Shown here: positions 27,914 through 38,994 of the stretch, piece by piece
Position numbering within the stretch: position 1 is the first letter of the stretch
How the letters are laid out: the number at the start of each line of letters is the position of its first letter
Notes under the pieces: generated by a model
Seen by the model: the letters and a program-made list of their open reading frames with translations, nothing else
Databases searched by the model: none
Told to the model about the DNA's origin: nothing
Assembly (NCBI GenBank): GCA_964627015.1
Contig: CAZVGY010000002.1
Coordinates: 36,554-100,553, forward strand
Source: an uncultured Desulfobacteraceae bacterium
Lineage (GTDB): Bacteria; Desulfobacterota; DSM-4660; Desulfatiglandales; Desulfatiglandaceae
Direction of reading: 5' to 3'
Length of the DNA: 64,000 nucleotides
Program-made: the position numbers and the translations under genes

Positions 27914-28571
27914 AGCCTACTCCCCGTATAGTATGTATCAATTTCGTTGGAAAATCTTTGTCTATTTTATCTCGCAACCTGCATATCCTTGCCTCGACTA
28001 CATTAGTCTGCGGGTCAAAGTTATAATTCCAAACGTGCTCCATGATCATGGTCTTGGAAACTACTTTGCCTGTATTACGCATAAGGTATTCGAGTAGAGA
28101 AAATTCAAGGGGCTGGAGTTCGATTTTCTTGCCTTCCCGCGTTACCTCACGGGTGAGAAGATTAATAGAAAGGCCTTCCACGGAAATATGAGTAGGTTCC
28201 GACACGCCGCTCGCTCTGCGTATTAGTGCCTGAACTCTTGCGAGGAGCTCGGAAAATGCGAATGGTTTTGTCAGGTAATCGTCGCTTCCTCTTTGCAGCC
28301 CTTTGACTCTGTCATCTACTGATCCTTTTGCACTCAGAATAATGACGGGCGTATTTAACTCCTCCTTCCTCACCTTTTCGATGAGCGACAATCCATCCAG
28401 CCGAGGAAGCATGATGTCAACGATAGCTGCATCGTAAGGCTCTGTTAGAGCTATGAAGAGACCTTGCTCCCCATCCACTGCGTGATCCACTGCAAAGCCG
28501 GCGGATCTAAGGCCCTTTATGATAAAAGAGGCTATTTTAGTGTCATCTTCTACCAGGAGTATCCTCATCAT
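27891..28571 (-). CDS. OmpR/PhoB-family response regulator
   Basis: Receiver domain (ILLVEDD ... DAAIVDIMLP ... ILSAK) plus a winged-helix output domain (LTREVTREGKKIELQPLEFSLLEYLM...IHTIRGVGYVL). Confidence 0.95.
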   Translation of the reverse strand: MMRILLVEDDTKIASFIIKGLRSAGFAVDHAVDGEQGLFIALTEPYDAAIVDIMLPRLDGLSLIEKVRKEELNTPVIILSAKGSVDDRVKGLQRGSDDYLTKPFAFSELLARVQALIRRASGVSEPTHISVEGLSINLLTREVTREGKKIELQPLEFSLLEYLMRNTGKVVSKTMIMEHVWNYNFDPQTNVVEARICRLRDKIDKDFPTKLIHTIRGVGYVLKEAS

Positions 28572-28649
28572 AACACCCTGTAAAGTTTCTTTGCCCAGTC
28601 TGAAATCTATAAGACAAGGGCTGGAAATTCAACATAATCCACCGAAGGA

Positions 28650-29423
28650 TTATTGGGTAGAAGCGATTGAGTCGCCTGTTTTTCTCGTCAAATAAATTAG
28701 AAACTCCCGGTTTCCTTTAGGCCCCAGAATAGGGGAGGCCACATGCCCTTCCACTTTCCAACCGTTAGCCCTGAAAAATGCGGCGAGTTCCTTGATGACG
28801 TCTGTGTGCAGCTTTGTATCTCGGACTACCCCGCCCTTGCCTACCAGTGTTTTCCCCACCTCGAACTGGGGTTTTATCAGGGCGATTATAAAAGATTCCT
28901 TGAGGAGCAAATCAGAGATCGGCGGAACTACAAGTTTAAGTGATATAAAGGAAACATCGATGACTGCGCCATTTAAGGGCACCTCAAGATCCTCAGGTCG
29001 CAGGTAGCGGGCATTCATTTTTTCCATAACTACCACTCTGGGATCTTGCCGGAGATTCCAGTCGAGCTGGCCATGGCCGACATCCACTGCAAAGACCCTT
29101 TGCGCGCCATGCTGAAGCAGGCAATCTGTGAATCCGCCGGTAGAAGCACCGACATCCAAAAGCTCGAGGCCGGCTACATCCACATTAAAGTGCTCCAGAG
29201 CGGCCTCAAGTTTGAGCCCTCCGCGACTCACATAAGGCGGGTATTTTTTTTTAATTGATACGGTCGCCGAGGCAGGGATCATGTGTCCCGGTTTATCCAG
29301 TTTCACTCCATCAATCTGAACCAGGCCTGCCATAATGACAGCCCTGGCCTTTTCCCGGCTCTTAACCAAGCCTAACCGGACCAGGAGCTGATCGAGCCTG
29401 GTTTTATCTGAAATTTTATCCAT
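28650..29423 (-). CDS. tlyA: TlyA-family rRNA 2'-O-methyltransferase (S4 + FtsJ domains)
   Basis: N-terminal S4-like RLDQLLVRLGLVKSREKARAVI, SAM motif LDVGASTGGFTDCLLQHGA, and DVSFISL. Confidence 0.9.
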   Translation of the reverse strand: MDKISDKTRLDQLLVRLGLVKSREKARAVIMAGLVQIDGVKLDKPGHMIPASATVSIKKKYPPYVSRGGLKLEAALEHFNVDVAGLELLDVGASTGGFTDCLLQHGAQRVFAVDVGHGQLDWNLRQDPRVVVMEKMNARYLRPEDLEVPLNGAVIDVSFISLKLVVPPISDLLLKESFIIALIKPQFEVGKTLVGKGGVVRDTKLHTDVIKELAAFFRANGWKVEGHVASPILGPKGNREFLIYLTRKTGDSIASTQ

Positions 29424-29549
29424 AACCTCTAATCTTTAAGGTCATTTGGATGTCGATCTTTTCAGTAAGCACCCGGGACATAAGCGGTCATTCCAGGAAA
29501 AATTCATTGCGGGGGTCATTTTCCAAGGTGTTTCCTAATCATAAACCTG

Positions 29550-31475
29550 TTAAAGGACGCTATACTGATTCCGGGAAGGTTTATACTGCAGGAGAACTCT
29601 TGCCCCTCTGTCTATTCCAGATGCGTCAATCCCGTATTTTTTTCTCAGGAGAGAGACAGGGCCTTGCTCCACGAATTTATCCGGCAAACCGAGTCGCTTT
29701 ATTTTCACATTATGGATTTCCATATCGTTCAGGAGTTCAAGGACTGCGCTTCCTAGCCCTCCCTTCCTGGTATTTTCTTCTACTACCAGGATTCGGCCTG
29801 TATTCCTCGCTATGTCCCCTAAGATTTCGTCGAGGGGGCTCGCGAAACGGCAATTCACAACACCAACAGAAAACCCTTCTTTTTGCAACCCGGCGGCGGC
29901 CTGTATGGAAGGTTGCACAGTACTTCCCAGGGCAAAAATCATTAGGTCTTTCCCTTCAGTCAGGACTTCCGCTCTGCCTATGGGTATGCTTTTATAGTCA
30001 TTGTCCAGGGTGACTCCCAGGCCCTTCCCCCTTGGATACCTTATGGCCACAGGGCCAGAGGCCCTCAAGGCAGTGTATAGCATATGCCTGAGTTCGTTTT
30101 CATCTTTTGGAGCCATAACGATTATATTCGGCAGGTAGCGCAGATATGTGATATCGAAGTGCCCATGATGTGTGGGGCCATCTTCCCCTACAAGACCACC
30201 ACGATCGATCGCAAAGACTACCGGCAGGTTAGGCATACAAACGTCATGGATGACCTGATCATATGCTCTCTGCAGAAAGGTGGAGTATATCGCTACTACA
30301 GGCCTGAATCCTTCAGTTGCCAGACCTGCCGCAAAAGTAACAGCGTGTTGCTCGGCTATTCCCACATCCAGAAAGCGCTCTGGATAGGACCTTGCAAATT
30401 CCGCAAGCCCCGTACCTTCGGGCATGGCTGCAGTAATGGCAAACAGGTTTTTTTCTTCTCTGCCCAGGTCCACCATTGTCCTGCCGAATATTTCAGTATA
30501 TGAGGGTGGAGTGCCGATCTTGGATTTTGGCAGTGAACCCGTAACAATATCGAAGCTGCCTACGCCGTGATAATGCGAGGGGTCTTCCTCAGCAGGACCG
30601 TACCCCTTACCTTTTACTGTCAATACATGAACCAGGACGGGGCCTTCAAGGTATTTTGTATTGTTAAATGTTTCTATAAGCCTTCCCAGCCAGTGTCCTT
30701 GTATAGGGCCTATATACTTAAACTTGAAGGCCTCGAATAACATGCCTGGGGTAAAAAAGGTCAGAAATGAATCTTCGCTCTTCCTGACAAGGTTTAAAAT
30801 ATTTTCACCAACTCCCGGAAGCGATTTTATGAAGTTTTCCAAGTCCTTTTTAAAATTCACGAATCTCCTTCCGGTCATTTTGCGGCTCAGAAAGGAGGAA
30901 AAAGCTCCCACATTGGGAGATATGGACATCTCGTTATCGTTTAACACTACAATGAGGTCTTTTTCGGTCTCTCCAGACTGGTTGAGTCCCTCAAAAGCCA
31001 TACCCGCTGTCATTGAGCCATCACCTATAACGGAAATAACCTTTCCTTTTTCACCCTTAAGAGCCTTAGCTGTTGATATGCCAAGGCCGGCGGATATGGA
31101 AGTGCTGCTGTGACCCGTATCAAAGGCGTCATATGGGCTTTCACCCCTTTTGGGGAAACCGCTTATCCCCCCATGAGTTCTAAGAGTGCAGAAAGAATCT
31201 CTTCTCCCGGTTACAAGCTTGTGTGCATAGGCCTGGTGGCCAACATCCCATATTATTTTGTCTTTAGGGGTATCAAATACGTAATGGAGAGCTAAGGTAA
31301 GCTCCACTACCCCGAGGCTGGGAGCCAGATGTCCACCGGTTTTGGACACTGTCTCTATAATTTTTTGCCTGATTTCAGTCGCCAGGATTTCCAGATCCTG
31401 AAGCGATAGGCTTTTAAGATCTGCCGGGCTGTTGATTCTTTCCAAGAAATTAAAATCGCTAACAGACTCTTTCAT
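29550..31475 (-). CDS. dxs: 1-deoxy-D-xylulose-5-phosphate synthase
   Basis: [18 protein letters not shown], the TPP motif [15 protein letters not shown], and the DGPTHHG motif. 4-nt overlap with ispA. Confidence 0.97.
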   Translation of the reverse strand: MKESVSDFNFLERINSPADLKSLSLQDLEILATEIRQKIIETVSKTGGHLAPSLGVVELTLALHYVFDTPKDKIIWDVGHQAYAHKLVTGRRDSFCTLRTHGGISGFPKRGESPYDAFDTGHSSTSISAGLGISTAKALKGEKGKVISVIGDGSMTAGMAFEGLNQSGETEKDLIVVLNDNEMSISPNVGAFSSFLSRKMTGRRFVNFKKDLENFIKSLPGVGENILNLVRKSEDSFLTFFTPGMLFEAFKFKYIGPIQGHWLGRLIETFNNTKYLEGPVLVHVLTVKGKGYGPAEEDPSHYHGVGSFDIVTGSLPKSKIGTPPSYTEIFGRTMVDLGREEKNLFAITAAMPEGTGLAEFARSYPERFLDVGIAEQHAVTFAAGLATEGFRPVVAIYSTFLQRAYDQVIHDVCMPNLPVVFAIDRGGLVGEDGPTHHGHFDITYLRYLPNIIVMAPKDENELRHMLYTALRASGPVAIRYPRGKGLGVTLDNDYKSIPIGRAEVLTEGKDLMIFALGSTVQPSIQAAAGLQKEGFSVGVVNCRFASPLDEILGDIARNTGRILVVEENTRKGGLGSAVLELLNDMEIHNVKIKRLGLPDKFVEQGPVSLLRKKYGIDASGIDRGARVLLQYKPSRNQYSVL

Positions 31476-32380
31476 TTCTTTCTCTCAATTATATATCTGG
31501 CAATCAGTCTAAGAGGGTCAGCCCTCCGGTCAAAGGACTGAATAGAGTTTATAGCCTCTTCCACGAGCTCAGATTGTAAAGCTTTTGATTTCGCAAGACC
31601 TGCCACAGCCGGATAGGTTGGTTTCCCTTTTCGCTCGTCTGCCCCTACTTTTTTTCCAAGGGCTTCGCTATTTCCCTCGATATCCAGAATGTCATCGGAG
31701 ATTTGGAATGCGAGTCCTATCTTCCTGCCATACGAGTCCAGTGAACGGATTTGTGATTTACTGCCTCCGCCCAATATTGCCCCTGACATTACTGAAGCAG
31801 TGATCAGTGCGCCAGTTTTATGATTATGTATGAATTCGACTACAGATATGTCAATATCTTTGCCTTCAGATTGGATATCAACGACTTGGCCACCTACCAT
31901 TCCACGATAGCCGGCGGCAGAGGAAATCAACCCTATCACACTTAAGATCGCATCCGGGTGCACAGTTACCGGATACTTTGACATTGCCATAATGTTAAAA
32001 GCTTCTGTCAAGAGTCCATCGCCTGCCAGCAGTGCGAGGGCCTCTCCAAATACCTTGTGGCTGGTAGGCTTTCCCCTTCTTAAATCATCGTCATCCATTA
32101 TTGGCAGATCATCGTGAATAAGTGAATACGTGTGTATAAGTTCAAGGGCGCACGCTACCGGAAGAACCTCCTCGGGGTTTCCACCCACCGCCTCAGCCCC
32201 TGCTATGCTGAGTATCGGCCTGAGTCTTTTGCCCCCTGCAAAGAGACTGTATCTCATTGCAGTCATGATATCCAGATCAGACATCCCTTCGTCAGGGCAG
32301 TATGCTTCAAGTGCCCGGTCTACATATGTCTTCTTTTCTTTGAGATAAATTTTGAGATCAGAAGCCTGATCACTCCTCAT
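31472..32380 (-). CDS. ispA: Polyprenyl (farnesyl/geranylgeranyl) diphosphate synthase
   Basis: First and second Asp-rich motifs, [17 protein letters not shown] and [12 protein letters not shown] 32380 has GGAG 7 nt upstream. The track start at 32422 runs deep into xseB. Confidence 0.9.
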   Translation of the reverse strand: MRSDQASDLKIYLKEKKTYVDRALEAYCPDEGMSDLDIMTAMRYSLFAGGKRLRPILSIAGAEAVGGNPEEVLPVACALELIHTYSLIHDDLPIMDDDDLRRGKPTSHKVFGEALALLAGDGLLTEAFNIMAMSKYPVTVHPDAILSVIGLISSAAGYRGMVGGQVVDIQSEGKDIDISVVEFIHNHKTGALITASVMSGAILGGGSKSQIRSLDSYGRKIGLAFQISDDILDIEGNSEALGKKVGADERKGKPTYPAVAGLAKSKALQSELVEEAINSIQSFDRRADPLRLIARYIIERKK

Positions 32381-32609
32381 CCTTTTCTCCTTCGTCAAAA
32401 GGTGCCAGAGAGTGCTTTCCACCGCTTTCCCGTATGAGAATACTTACCTTTTGTTCAGCTTCTTCAAGTTTATCTGAACAGAATTTGACCAGTTTCATAC
32501 CTTCCTCAAAGGCCCTTATAGAATCTTCTAGTGATAACTCTCCGCTATCCAGTTCTTTTACTATTGTTTCCAGCCGCTGCATTGCCTCTTCAAATTTTTT
32601 ACCGGCCAT
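32370..32609 (-). CDS. xseB: Exodeoxyribonuclease VII small subunit
   Basis: 79 aa with FEEAMQRLETIVKELDSGELSLEDSIRAFEEGMKL, typical of XseB. Classic xseB-ispA-dxs linkage. Confidence 0.92.
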   Translation of the reverse strand: MAGKKFEEAMQRLETIVKELDSGELSLEDSIRAFEEGMKLVKFCSDKLEEAEQKVSILIRESGGKHSLAPFDEGEKDEE

Positions 32610-32825
32610 TTTTCCTCCAGATTCCTGAATCTTTTGTGACTGTATAACGGGCCGACCCAGGTGTCAAACGGGATCACGAGACTATTTCTGTATCAGTAAT
32701 AAAATAACAATCCACTTTTTTTCCATTAATTTCTTTATGCGAGGCACGCGTGATAACTGCTTGCCGCGTCCATTTACAGTAATGATGTTATCTATGTTGC
32801 GTAGAAGGCCTAAATAAAACGTTAG

Positions 32826-34286
32826 CTATGATTCGGGTGATAAATCTTTAGCGAGACTCAGGTAAGGGTGTGCGGTTATATCTTTTTCCCCTCCTTCGAG
32901 CATCGGGCTGGTTTTTTCAACACGACATTCCATTTCTCCCTGTGCCAAAATTATCTGGACTTGATTCCCTTGTTTCACGCTGGAGGCTTCTCTCAATATT
33001 GTTTTTTCAGGCAGTTTCCTTGTAATGCTATATCCTCTGTTCAGGATCGCCGGCGGACTGAGGTCGTCCAGCCTCTTGGACAGCAGAGAAAGGGTTACTC
33101 GTTTACCACCGAGTCTGTTGCTCAAGGTCTGTCTGAGAGTCGCTGCCTGAAAATCCAGTCTCTGGTTCATTGACATGATTTTGTTTATGGGTGAATGAAG
33201 TCGAATGCCACGCTCCTCGGTTTCGAGCCTCCTGCCTCGGTCAAGAATAATAAAATTAATATTTCTAGTGATAATGGATAATATGCTGTCCAGGCGCATC
33301 CAGGAGTCTGCCAGCCGCTTTCCAGGATGCAGAATCGCCTTTTCGAGGCGTTTTAATTCCTGTGAGAAATGTTTTAAAGCAAGTCCTATTCCAAAAATGA
33401 GCTTTTCCCTCGAGTCAAAAAGTCTGTACAGAAGTAATTCCTTTTCTCTCACCAGAAGTTCAGCGGCTGCAGAGGGGGTGGGTGCTCTGAGATCTGATGC
33501 AAGATCCGAAATGGTTATATCAATCTCGTGACCCACGGCGGATATGACCGGTATTTTAGAACGTCTGATAGCAAGTGCGGGCTCTTCGCAGTTAAAGGCC
33601 CAGAGGTCTTCAAGTGAACCACCTCCACGTGTCAGGACAATTACATCCACATCCAATTCCCGGTTCACCAAATCTAAAGCCCTGACTATATCCTCTGCGG
33701 CTTCATTGCCCTGCACTCTTATAGGAACCAGTATGATTTCAATATTGGAGAATCTACGGCGTATGACTTTAAGAAAGTCATGTATGGCAGCACCCGTGGG
33801 AGATGTTATGACTGCTACACGCTGAGGCAGATAGGGCAACTGTTTTTTTATTTTATTATCGAAAATGCCTTGAGCCGCCAGCTTTTTTTTTAGCTGCTCG
33901 AAGTTCATTGCAAGAGCCCCCACGCCCATTGGCTCAAGATAATCGAGGATTAGCTGGTACTCTCCACGAGGCGGGTATATATTAATCCTGCCCTGAGCAA
34001 GAACTTTCATTCCGTTTTCAGGGAGAAACCTTAAATGGCGGGCCTGAAGCCGAAACATGACCGTTCTGATCTGGGCTTTATCATCCTTCAGAACCATGTA
34101 ATAGTGACCTGATGCGGGAGCACTGAAGTTTGAGATTTCACCTTCCACCCAGATAAAATCAAAGTGCTTTTCGAGGAGGGCCTGTACTTCCTCTGTAAGT
34201 CTGCTCACCGTGTAGACTTTCGGTTCATCTATGCCTATGCCTGTTGATAAACTCAAACTTTGTTTCCTTCCAAGATCCTTGATCAA
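32826..34286 (-). CDS. xseA: Exodeoxyribonuclease VII large subunit
   Basis: OB-fold N-terminus (VYTVSRLTEEVQALLEKHFDFIWVEGEISNF...SGHYYMVLKD), catalytic core (RGGGSLEDLWAFN, SAVGHEID) and a long coiled C-terminus. TTG start is uncertain. Confidence 0.9.
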   Translation of the reverse strand: MIKDLGRKQSLSLSTGIGIDEPKVYTVSRLTEEVQALLEKHFDFIWVEGEISNFSAPASGHYYMVLKDDKAQIRTVMFRLQARHLRFLPENGMKVLAQGRINIYPPRGEYQLILDYLEPMGVGALAMNFEQLKKKLAAQGIFDNKIKKQLPYLPQRVAVITSPTGAAIHDFLKVIRRRFSNIEIILVPIRVQGNEAAEDIVRALDLVNRELDVDVIVLTRGGGSLEDLWAFNCEEPALAIRRSKIPVISAVGHEIDITISDLASDLRAPTPSAAAELLVREKELLLYRLFDSREKLIFGIGLALKHFSQELKRLEKAILHPGKRLADSWMRLDSILSIITRNINFIILDRGRRLETEERGIRLHSPINKIMSMNQRLDFQAATLRQTLSNRLGGKRVTLSLLSKRLDDLSPPAILNRGYSITRKLPEKTILREASSVKQGNQVQIILAQGEMECRVEKTSPMLEGGEKDITAHPYLSLAKDLSPES

Positions 34287-34492
34287 ATGTTGAAGGAGTT
34301 TAATCTTCCCCTTTTGTATTGTCTATCTATTAGAATAATATGGATATATTAACAAGACCATTTTTTGCCTTCTAAGGATGAGGCCTGAATTTGCTTGACC
34401 CAATGAGTCAATTTAACTTACATTCTTAAGAAAGTAAAAAAAAAGAATGGCTCCGGGAAAGAAGATCAGCTCCTGGGGAATGGAGGATTAAA

Positions 34493-35986
34493 ATGAATGA
34501 TTTATTAAATGAAGGCCCTAAGAATCCGATTAAAATTCAGGATAACACCTTCAGGGATGGACACCAGTCGCTTTTGGCGACCAGGATGAGAACTGAGGAC
34601 ATGCTTCCAATAGCCGAGAAAATGGATGACGTAGGTTTTTGGGCCATGGAGGTCTGGGGCGGAGCAACATTTGACTCTATGCACCGCTTTCTGGGCGAAG
34701 ATCCATTCGAGCGCATTCTGACTCTGAAAAAATATATCAAAAAAACCCCTTTTTCGATGTTACTGAGGGGGCAGAACCTGGTAGGCTACAGGAATTATGC
34801 GGACGATGTTGCCAGTCTGTTTGTAGATAAAGCGTGCGAAGCAGGCATGGATGTTTTTCGAGTTTTTGATGCGTTGAATGACTTCCGCAATTTCGAGACT
34901 GTGGTAGAACGAATCAAGGCCAATGGCAAGCATTTTCAGGGTACGATCTGCTATTCTCTGACCGAGCGACGGATGGGCGGGGATGTGTTTAACCTTGAAT
35001 ATTATCTCAAAAAGGCCCTCGAGATTCAGAATATGGGGGCGGATACCCTGTGTCTCAAGGATATGGCCGGAATTATGGCTCCGTTTGATATTGCTAGATT
35101 GGTAACTGGCCTCAAGAAGGAGATCACGATCCCCATTCATCTACATACCCATTATACGAGCGGTATGGCTTCTATGGTTTATCTGGAGGCAATCAAGGCA
35201 GGTGTCGACATCGTAGATACATGCCTGGCCCCTTTTGCTTTACGTACATCACAGCCAGCAGTTGAGCCTATCTGCGCTACTTTATACGAAACCACCCGTG
35301 ATCCGGGATTTGATCTGGCGATATTGTTGGAACTCGGTGATTATATAGAGTCGATTGCCCCTAAGTATCGTGACTACCTCGCAAAGCACAGGATGTCTGT
35401 TATTGACACGGGAGTTCTGGCGCATCAGGTACCTGGTGGTATGATTTCCAATCTGGTGAGCCAGCTTAAAGAAGCCAAGGCATTGGACCGCCTGCCGGAG
35501 GTTTACAGGGAAGTGGCCGTGACACGCAGGGAACTTGGAATGCCGCCTCTGGTGACTCCTACAAGCCAAATTGTCGGGGTTCAGGCTGTGCTGAATGTAC
35601 TGTTCGGCCGTTATAAAATGGTGACCAACGAGGTTAAGGATTTGGTTTTCGGACTCTATGGTAAGACGCCCATACCTGTAGATCCTGAGGTTCAGAAGAA
35701 AGTCCTTAAAGGTTACAAGCGCGGTGATGTGCCAGTGACGGGTCGTGCAGCGGATTATTTGGAACCTGAATTAGAATCGGCCAGGGAAAGGGCGGGTGAC
35801 CTAGCCAAGAATGATTTTGACCTCTTGATTATTGCGCTTTATCCCAGGACTGGGGAACAGTTCCTCAAATGGAAGTACGGGCTTGAGGAAAGGCCTCCTG
35901 AGGTAAAGCCGAAGACTCTGGAGGATATTAGAAGAGAGGACGAGGCTATGGCCGCGGCTCTGGAAAAGGTATGTGCTACAACATGA
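34493..35986 (+). CDS. Carboxyltransferase, transcarboxylase 5S / OadA / PycB family, without biotinyl domain
   Basis: TFRDGHQSL opening motif and HLHTHYTSGMA metal site. The protein is 497 aa and its C-terminus lacks an AMKM biotinylation motif. Confidence 0.85.
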   Translation: MNDLLNEGPKNPIKIQDNTFRDGHQSLLATRMRTEDMLPIAEKMDDVGFWAMEVWGGATFDSMHRFLGEDPFERILTLKKYIKKTPFSMLLRGQNLVGYRNYADDVASLFVDKACEAGMDVFRVFDALNDFRNFETVVERIKANGKHFQGTICYSLTERRMGGDVFNLEYYLKKALEIQNMGADTLCLKDMAGIMAPFDIARLVTGLKKEITIPIHLHTHYTSGMASMVYLEAIKAGVDIVDTCLAPFALRTSQPAVEPICATLYETTRDPGFDLAILLELGDYIESIAPKYRDYLAKHRMSVIDTGVLAHQVPGGMISNLVSQLKEAKALDRLPEVYREVAVTRRELGMPPLVTPTSQIVGVQAVLNVLFGRYKMVTNEVKDLVFGLYGKTPIPVDPEVQKKVLKGYKRGDVPVTGRAADYLEPELESARERAGDLAKNDFDLLIIALYPRTGEQFLKWKYGLEERPPEVKPKTLEDIRREDEAMAAALEKVCATT

Positions 35987-36128
35987 TTGAATGGGCAATA
36001 AACATATTAAAAAATAGAATGAAGTGATGGTGTAAAGTTGGTTTAGAGGTGGCATAGAAAAAATTTCCTCGTTTTTTTTTGCAATGTTGGGGTTTATGCG
36101 CCTGAAGGGCCAATGCCATCAAGATACA

Positions 36129-36163
36129 GGTCAACAGCTGGAAAATAGCTGTTGACCTTTTTT
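36129..36163 (+). terminator. Rho-independent terminator of the 5S-like carboxyltransferase gene
   Basis: ggtcaacagct-ggaaaat-agctgttgacc followed by tttttt. The T-tract abuts the stop of the convergent amidase gene. Confidence 0.8.
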
Positions 36164-37568
36164 ATGTGTCCGGCCAATTATTATTCCACGGCCGTGCCTG
36201 CTCATAAGCATAGGCAGCCTGAAGCACTAGGTCGTCTCGATATCTGGGCCCGATAATTTGAAGTCCTGCCGGGAGTCCGGCCTGGGTAAGTCCTGCTCTC
36301 ACGGTTGCGGCGGGGTTTCCAGACACATTAAAAGGATATGTGAAAGCTACCGCGCCCAGAAGAGGAATGGGATGGCCTTCGATCTCTGAGGGTGGAGGTC
36401 CCTTGGCAGCGAATGGCCCGGTAGGCATGGCAGGTGTCAGAAGCAGGTCAAATCGGGTAAATAAGTGTGCTAGTTTTTGTTTCAGCTCCGTAGACGTTTT
36501 TTGTATTCTTATAAAGTCGTCAAGTGACAGAGTGGCAGCGTGTTCCAGAGCTGCTACGAGTGTCTTTCCCAGTTCAGATCTTATTCTTTCAAAGTCCCCT
36601 CGGATTTGAGCGTAAATATCACAGCTCATGAATTCTGCCCATGCGTTCCCCACATCAGGCAGGTCGCCTTCCCAGATTTCTACACTGTAACCCATATCAT
36701 CAAATGCCTTGACAGCTTCTTCTACCAGGCCTCGAATTTCTTTCTCAACCCGGGCGTAACCTAGAGTAAGGCTGAAGGCTATGTGAAGAGATTTAGGTAG
36801 TTTGTTCAAGCATTCTCTATATAATATGGGCGGAGAAGGCAGGGAATCAGGGTCGGCGGGGTGGTGACCCGAGACACAATCCATATATAAGGCCGCGTCA
36901 GTTACCGTCCTTGAAAGAGGGCCTAATGTTGAGTTCTGGCTCGCAGGCATTGAGGGAAACGGCCCAAGCGGGACTCTTCCGTAAGTGGGTTTAAATCCGA
37001 AGCAACCCGAATAGCAGGCTGGAATACGAATAGATCCACCTGCATCGGAACCTGTGGACAGGGAAACCATGCCGGAGGCGACTGCAGATGCGGAACCTCC
37101 GCTCGAACCGCCTGGTGTGCGTTCTAAGTCCCAGGGATTTCTAGTTATTCCATACAGACGATTTTTAGTGAAGCCGGTGAAACCAAATTCAGGCGTATTT
37201 GTTTTGCCTACCACTATTGCACCTGCCTCACGGAGGCGAGCTACCTGGATCGAATCATGATTTGCCATGTTATTTTTGTAAGGTATTGATCCGAAGCTTG
37301 TGACCATCCCTTGCACGTCTTCAAGGTCCTTAACACCTATTGGTATTCCTCCCAAGGGCCCGGGATCTTTACCCCGTGCAATAGCATCAGCCATTGCTCT
37401 TGCCTCCTGCATAGCCTCTTCCGCACGAATGGCTACAAATGCATTGAGTGGGGGATTCTTGCGGCTTATTATTTCAAGAGTCTCCTCCATTAGTTCAACG
37501 GGAGAAAGCTTGCCACCGCGAATAAGTTGAGCAATTTCGTAGGCGGATCCGTAATTGATTGAGGACAT
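36162..37568 (-). CDS. Amidase-signature (GatA-like) family amidase
   Basis: AS motif GGSSGGSASAVASGMVSLSTGSDAGGSIRIPA and the catalytic Lys context GVKDL. Confidence 0.9.
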   Translation of the reverse strand: MSSINYGSAYEIAQLIRGGKLSPVELMEETLEIISRKNPPLNAFVAIRAEEAMQEARAMADAIARGKDPGPLGGIPIGVKDLEDVQGMVTSFGSIPYKNNMANHDSIQVARLREAGAIVVGKTNTPEFGFTGFTKNRLYGITRNPWDLERTPGGSSGGSASAVASGMVSLSTGSDAGGSIRIPACYSGCFGFKPTYGRVPLGPFPSMPASQNSTLGPLSRTVTDAALYMDCVSGHHPADPDSLPSPPILYRECLNKLPKSLHIAFSLTLGYARVEKEIRGLVEEAVKAFDDMGYSVEIWEGDLPDVGNAWAEFMSCDIYAQIRGDFERIRSELGKTLVAALEHAATLSLDDFIRIQKTSTELKQKLAHLFTRFDLLLTPAMPTGPFAAKGPPPSEIEGHPIPLLGAVAFTYPFNVSGNPAATVRAGLTQAGLPAGLQIIGPRYRDDLVLQAAYAYEQARPWNNNWPDT

Positions 37569-37645
37569 TATTGCGCACCATCTTTGTAAGTTTTTGTAAT
37601 TGCGGAAGACCTGTCAAATTAGAGTTTTTATATTAGCACCAGAAT

Positions 37646-37659
37646 TTGTCAATTGACAA
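37646..37659. promoter_or_regulatory. Perfect 14-bp palindrome TTGTCAATTGACAA in a divergent intergenic region (operator candidate)
   Basis: Self-complementary, and contains TTGACA on both strands. It lies between the amidase start (37568, minus) and the MBL start (37955, plus). Confidence 0.35.
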
Positions 37660-37704
37660 TAATCTTAATGTCTGGGTTATAGGAGGATGAGAAAATTCCA
37701 GTTA

Positions 37705-37737
37705 GGGTCGGCTTCGGTCTTACGGTCCCCTCTTCAG
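37705..37737 (+). repeat. Partial X repeat (3' part only)
   Basis: gggtcggcttcggtcttacggtcccctcttcag versus copy A gggttggcttcgagcttacgattccctcttcag, about 30 of 36 identical when the flanking bases are included. Confidence 0.55.
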
Positions 37738-37954
37738 TCCTCCCACCTATGATTGCTTGACAGCGGGTGACCTTTCCCATATTCTCCATTTATTCGAAAG
37801 TCATTTTGGGTTCCATACATTTGGTCATTGTAATTTTTGTTTATTAGAAGCCCTGTGGGCTGTGACTCATGAGTCGGCTCCAGGTTTGTTCGTATATAAT
37901 CAAACAGTTTTCACGCTTCATATGCCCATATGAGACAAACAAAGGAGTCAACTC

Positions 37955-38935
37955 TTGATTGAAGAAGTTTTACCTGATCTATTTCGAATAAAAATACCTT
38001 TGCCTAACAGTCCTCTGAAATTTCTCAATTCTTATGCGATAAGGAGTTCGAGGCGGAATCTAATCGTGGACACCGGCTTGAACAGAAAAGAGTGTCTAAA
38101 GGTTATGTTGTCGGCTTTGCGTGAATTGGGGCTGGACATGGGACAGACTGATTTTTTTATCACTCACCTCCATGCTGATCATTTCGGCCTGGTGACGAAG
38201 CTGGCTACAAATACGAGCCGGATCTTTTTTAATAAGCCGGATAAAGAGATACTCGAGGTCTCAGACGGCTGGAAATATATACTTGATTATGCAGGGGGGC
38301 ATGGATTTCCGGAGTATGAGCTTAAAAAGGCTCTGGAGAGCCATCCAGGCTATCGGTATAGATCAGATTGGATTCCCGATATGATTATTTTGAAGGATGG
38401 AGACGAAATAGAAGCAGGCAGATTTTTATTCAGATGTGTTCACACTCCCGGGCACACAAAGGGGCACACGTGCCTATACGAATCTGAGAAAAAGATTCTG
38501 TTAGCCGGGGATCATGTACTCGCGGATATAACGCCTAATATTCAGTGCTGGTCCGATCAGGACAATCCACTTAAGAGTTATCTGTCAAGCCTGGATAAGA
38601 TCTATGAACTCGACCTGGCCCTTGTCCTTCCGGGACACAGGGGTTTTATAGAGAATCATAAGGAAAGGATCGAGGAGTTGAAAGTCCATCACTACCAACG
38701 GATCAGTGAAATACTCGATATACTGGATAAGGGCCCTATGAATGCCTACCAGATAGCTTCTGAGATGGAATGGGATATAGTTTGCGATTCCTGGGATCAG
38801 TTTCCAATAGCACAAAAATGGTTTGCTACAGGGGAGGCAATCGCCCACATTCGATACCTCGAGGACGAGGGCAAAATTATAAGAAAAACAGTAGAAAAGA
38901 CAATAACGTTTTCACGGAACTTTGGATCAGTCTAG
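37955..38935 (+). CDS. MBL-fold metallo-hydrolase with C-terminal helical/winged-helix-like extension
   Basis: HLHADHFG, HTPGHTKGH, GDHVLADITPNI, and the tail HHYQRISEILDILDKGPMNAYQIASEM. TTG start with AAGGAG 7 nt upstream. Confidence 0.8.
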   Translation: MIEEVLPDLFRIKIPLPNSPLKFLNSYAIRSSRRNLIVDTGLNRKECLKVMLSALRELGLDMGQTDFFITHLHADHFGLVTKLATNTSRIFFNKPDKEILEVSDGWKYILDYAGGHGFPEYELKKALESHPGYRYRSDWIPDMIILKDGDEIEAGRFLFRCVHTPGHTKGHTCLYESEKKILLAGDHVLADITPNIQCWSDQDNPLKSYLSSLDKIYELDLALVLPGHRGFIENHKERIEELKVHHYQRISEILDILDKGPMNAYQIASEMEWDIVCDSWDQFPIAQKWFATGEAIAHIRYLEDEGKIIRKTVEKTITFSRNFGSV

Positions 38936-38994
38936 GCTGTGCAATAAGGTCGGAAGACACTGATTTTAACAGCTTTGAGCCAAGGAGAAGATCA

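Noticed and set aside
38770-38994. N-terminal extension of the SDR ORF (track start 38770), and similar over-extensions at 19947 (htrA), 22341 (aspS), 32422 (ispA), 60385 (DUF330), 61403 (MCE), 10644 (MFP) and 12497 (lipoprotein).
   Set aside because: The extensions overlap the preceding genes or lack an RBS. Internal ATG, GTG or TTG codons with Shine-Dalgarno sequences give canonical N-termini or signal peptides.
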